A stretch of 64,000 nt of DNA from Setoptus koraiensis (Eukaryota; Animalia; Arthropoda). The notes under the pieces are model-generated. The model had not been told where the DNA came from, made no database searches, and saw only the letters and a program-made list of their open reading frames with translations. Positions 60,955 through 64,000 of this stretch are shown here, one piece after another (within the stretch, counting starts at the first letter, position 1; every line of letters begins with the position of its first letter). The stretch is from the NCBI GenBank assembly GCA_048013815.1, contig CM106586.1:2170001-2234000 (forward strand). Reading direction: 5' to 3'. A program made the translations under genes and the position numbers.

Positions 60955-63789
60955 CTATCTGAAGGGTTGTTCTAACATCTCCGAGACGAGTTCAAGTATT
61001 TCTGGCGTCTTGAGTCTCCAGTTATGAACGTCTTTGGACACCTTAGTCCAAACCATACCGTGGCGAGGTTCGACGGCTGAACATCTGCTTCTGATCTCTT
61101 CTTGCTGCTCCTCGGTTCCATGGCTCTTCTCGAATTTATAGAGGTAGCCCCATGCATCACCGTAGTCGGAGTTTTCTTTGATGGCCCTATGAAAGTACTC
61201 TCTAGCCTTATTAGTTTTACTATCAGCCCAAAAATGTAAACTTATAGCCAACAATACATGAACACTCTCACAGTTTCTCACAGCATCAGTCATTTTAGAT
61301 TTCCTTTGGGATCTCGTTGCCATGTAGATCTGCTCAGCCCAAAGCAATCCAACATTTGGGCAGTCTTGCACTTCACGACACTCATGAAGTCCTTTTGATA
61401 ATTTCATTGAAGCCCCGTCGTCGTTCTTAGCCCTTCGCTCTAGTCGAACGGCCTCAAACCATAACTCAGCATCCCCTTTGTTACGTATTCGAGCTTTTTC
61501 CAAAGTTGATCTTGCCTCAATCACTGAACCTTTCTTTTCCTTCAATCTCGACAGACTAATCCACAAGGGTACGCTTGTCGGATTGTACTTGAGACCACAT
61601 TCATAATGGCGTATTGCTTGGTGTGCTTGATTTTCTTGTTCTGAGATTTGACCCAACATAAGATAAAGTTTATGAAAATCTGGGTATTCTCTAATACCTT
61701 CATGTAACAGACTCTTCGCCTCAGTCAAATTTCCTAAGCACCATTCGAATTTTGCGGATTTCATTAATACATGAGCGGTCCTTGATTCGCGACATGCCTT
61801 TGCTAAGAGCTTTCTTGCATTGTCATATTCACCATTCTCAGTATCTAATTTGACCGCCGCTAAGAGTATTTTCTCGCTGTTGGGGTTCGCTTCGAAAGCT
61901 TGGCACAACAATCTACGTGACTCATTGACGTTTCCCTGCCGCCATTTTAATTTTGCGGCCATCAGCCAGGAAGCCTCGGATCTAGGGCAGTTTTCGATAG
62001 CTTTCCCAAGAACAACCTCTAGGTTTTCCATGTTGCCATGTTGTCGTTCGAAATCAGCATATGGTAACCAGGCCAGCTCTGAACCGGGAGAGAACTTTAT
62101 GATCTGATCGTAGACAGCTCTGGCACATTCGTATGCCTTGATCTCTGTAAACTTCTCAGCGTTGTCCAAATATGCTACTAATCTTTCTTCTGTGTCGATA
62201 CCGACATCGATAACGTTTTCAATGATACTTCTGCATGTTAACTTGGCTCCTGCTCTCTCTGCCTCAACTGCTTCTTTCAACCAAAGATCTCTGTTGATTT
62301 CAACTCTTTGTTTTGTGAGCATATTGATGGATCTTCTGATGATTTTATCAACCATGTGCGTATCCCCATTCGCCTCAACCAATTTAGCGCCAGCTATCCA
62401 AATCTGCCTATCTGTTGGATTGCGGTTTCTTGCACTGATGAGTGTTCGCTGGGCATCGTCATAAGGCTCCAATTTAGCCAAGGATAGCCAAAGATCGACA
62501 CTGGTAGGACAACATTCTTCGCGTACAGCTTGAGACAGTAGAATTCTAGCGTTTTCTGGTTTCTCTAGCTCAACACTTCGCTTCCATATAATCTCAGAAT
62601 TTGGAACTGCTTCGCGAGCCTTCTGGAAGACTTTTCTTTTAGCTTCATCTTCAGACTCTAAATCAGCAGCTTTAAGCCATAGTTTCACCGAACTTGGTAA
62701 ATTTCTTATAGCTCGGACGATGATACCTTTAGACTCATCCAATGGATGCAAAGCTATTGCCTGGAGCCAAAGATCTACACTATCCGGACATCGCCGGCAT
62801 CCATCCATGATAAGTTGACGGGCAGTTCGGAGGTTTCCAGCTTCTTTTTCAAATTCAGCACTCGCCATCCAAGCGTTAGCTTTGTCTGGATTGGTATCTC
62901 TGACAGATTTTAATAACTTTCTGGTGTGATTGATTGCCGCGACATCAGTGGAACAACTGGGAGTCATTGATTGCAAACCAGTTAAATAACCTTTAGGATC
63001 AACTACTGTCTGACCGCCAACGCTATCAGATACTTGATTTAATCTGATTCCCATCAATGTGTTACGCGCTTCTCCTATTCTTCGAAGATCGAGACTACCA
63101 GGTGTCAGAAATTGAGGGCTCGTTTGGTCCCCGGCAACCATAGGAGTCTTTAATCCTGTGACAGGGTCGATAGATGTTACTTGTTTTCCTGTGGCAATTC
63201 CTGTCTTCATTGCAAGAACTGAGTCTGGAACGGGTGTTTGTTTGTCATGTCGTTGATTACGCTGTTTCCTATTCCTAGAATCACCAACTTCTGGAATATT
63301 AGCCCACTCTTGCTCGGTGATATGTGCTAATCCTGGCTTTAGATCTCTGAACAGTTCTTGAATTTTGGGACGTTCACGACGGTAATTTTCCAGTTCTATT
63401 TTTTCTTTCTCTATCCTTCGTTTAGTTTTACCTCTTTCGGCGATATGTGCACTGAGACTGGCATATATTTTGTCTGCTTCTTTGTCCTGATCATCTAAGA
63501 CGTCTTTGTTAAATAGAGATCCTCCATAACCGGCAAATTCATCATAATTGTTGTCATTAAGATCCTCCTCTTCCTCTTCATCCTTCTTAGCTACTTTTTT
63601 TGGTGGCAAATGTCTATCATCTGGAACATCTGATGATTCTCTGGCCGGTCCAATATCTGATCTGGTGGTGAATCCAGTTGCACCTCGTCCAACACCGGCG
63701 ACATATCCAATGGGCGCGGGTAAGCCGATGAAAGCTTTCTTATTCTTATTGACTAATGCACCGGGATGAGGTACGGCAGGTGGATTCAT
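60955..63789 (-). CDS. PRPF6: Pre-mRNA-processing factor 6 (U5-102K, HAT/TPR repeats), intronless
   Basis: PAPIGYVAGVGRGATGFTTRSDIGPAR, DNNYDEFAGYGGSLF, EWANIPEVGD, VVDPKGYLT, EPRHG..W..VSK. Confidence 0.98.
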   Translation of the reverse strand: MNPPAVPHPGALVNKNKKAFIGLPAPIGYVAGVGRGATGFTTRSDIGPARESSDVPDDRHLPPKKVAKKDEEEEEDLNDNNYDEFAGYGGSLFNKDVLDDQDKEADKIYASLSAHIAERGKTKRRIEKEKIELENYRRERPKIQELFRDLKPGLAHITEQEWANIPEVGDSRNRKQRNQRHDKQTPVPDSVLAMKTGIATGKQVTSIDPVTGLKTPMVAGDQTSPQFLTPGSLDLRRIGEARNTLMGIRLNQVSDSVGGQTVVDPKGYLTGLQSMTPSCSTDVAAINHTRKLLKSVRDTNPDKANAWMASAEFEKEAGNLRTARQLIMDGCRRCPDSVDLWLQAIALHPLDESKGIIVRAIRNLPSSVKLWLKAADLESEDEAKRKVFQKAREAVPNSEIIWKRSVELEKPENARILLSQAVREECCPTSVDLWLSLAKLEPYDDAQRTLISARNRNPTDRQIWIAGAKLVEANGDTHMVDKIIRRSINMLTKQRVEINRDLWLKEAVEAERAGAKLTCRSIIENVIDVGIDTEERLVAYLDNAEKFTEIKAYECARAVYDQIIKFSPGSELAWLPYADFERQHGNMENLEVVLGKAIENCPRSEASWLMAAKLKWRQGNVNESRRLLCQAFEANPNSEKILLAAVKLDTENGEYDNARKLLAKACRESRTAHVLMKSAKFEWCLGNLTEAKSLLHEGIREYPDFHKLYLMLGQISEQENQAHQAIRHYECGLKYNPTSVPLWISLSRLKEKKGSVIEARSTLEKARIRNKGDAELWFEAVRLERRAKNDDGASMKLSKGLHECREVQDCPNVGLLWAEQIYMATRSQRKSKMTDAVRNCESVHVLLAISLHFWADSKTNKAREYFHRAIKENSDYGDAWGYLYKFEKSHGTEEQQEEIRSRCSAVEPRHGMVWTKVSKDVHNWRLKTPEILELVSEMLEQPFR

Positions 63790-64000
63790 TTTTTTGCTCT
63801 ACCTCTTGTGAAATGCTTGTCAGTATATGTATCTTGAGAGTTGCGGTCATCCTGTCACATGATTCATGTGCACTTTGTATATCTAATAATGAGCGCCATA
63901 ATAATGCGGGGTTGTCATTCCAGAAATTACGCATAGAGGGAGCAAGTACAGAATACTAGGTGGGTACAAGCACTCACAGCGAGCCCTGGGTTAAAAATCA

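Overview
Eukaryotic (animal) genomic DNA. Gene content, compactness and intron poverty suggest an arthropod, possibly a mite, but this is inference only. 1-12.7 kb is gene-poor and rich in simple repeats. 12.9-42.4 kb is gene-dense: an 11-exon SCYL2-like pseudokinase, CARM1, RPL34, NAA50, eRF1, tRNA-Ser(GCT), PRPF4, a WDR47-like WD40 gene, a long low-complexity ORF, DUSP19 with an abnormal CX7R P-loop, an Ala/Lys-rich orphan, and a PIWI-clade Argonaute lacking its slicer residues. 42.4-51.5 kb is almost certainly not biological. It is an inverted and then a direct error-rich copy of about 37.3-42.4 kb, and the turning points contain degraded PacBio SMRTbell hairpin-adapter sequence, as expected for an unsplit polymerase read. 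After a gap of about 500 N come a membrane-anchored protein with at least 10 thioredoxin-like repeats, a truncated divergent beta-catenin paralog, CCT5 and PRPF6. The best biological leads are the stripped-down beta-catenin, the slicer-dead PIWI, the CX7R phosphatase and two GC-rich, heavily base-paired islands (about 39.2-39.5 kb and 56.5-56.8 kb) that look like unannotated structured RNAs. All family assignments were made by eye from remembered motifs; no searches were run.
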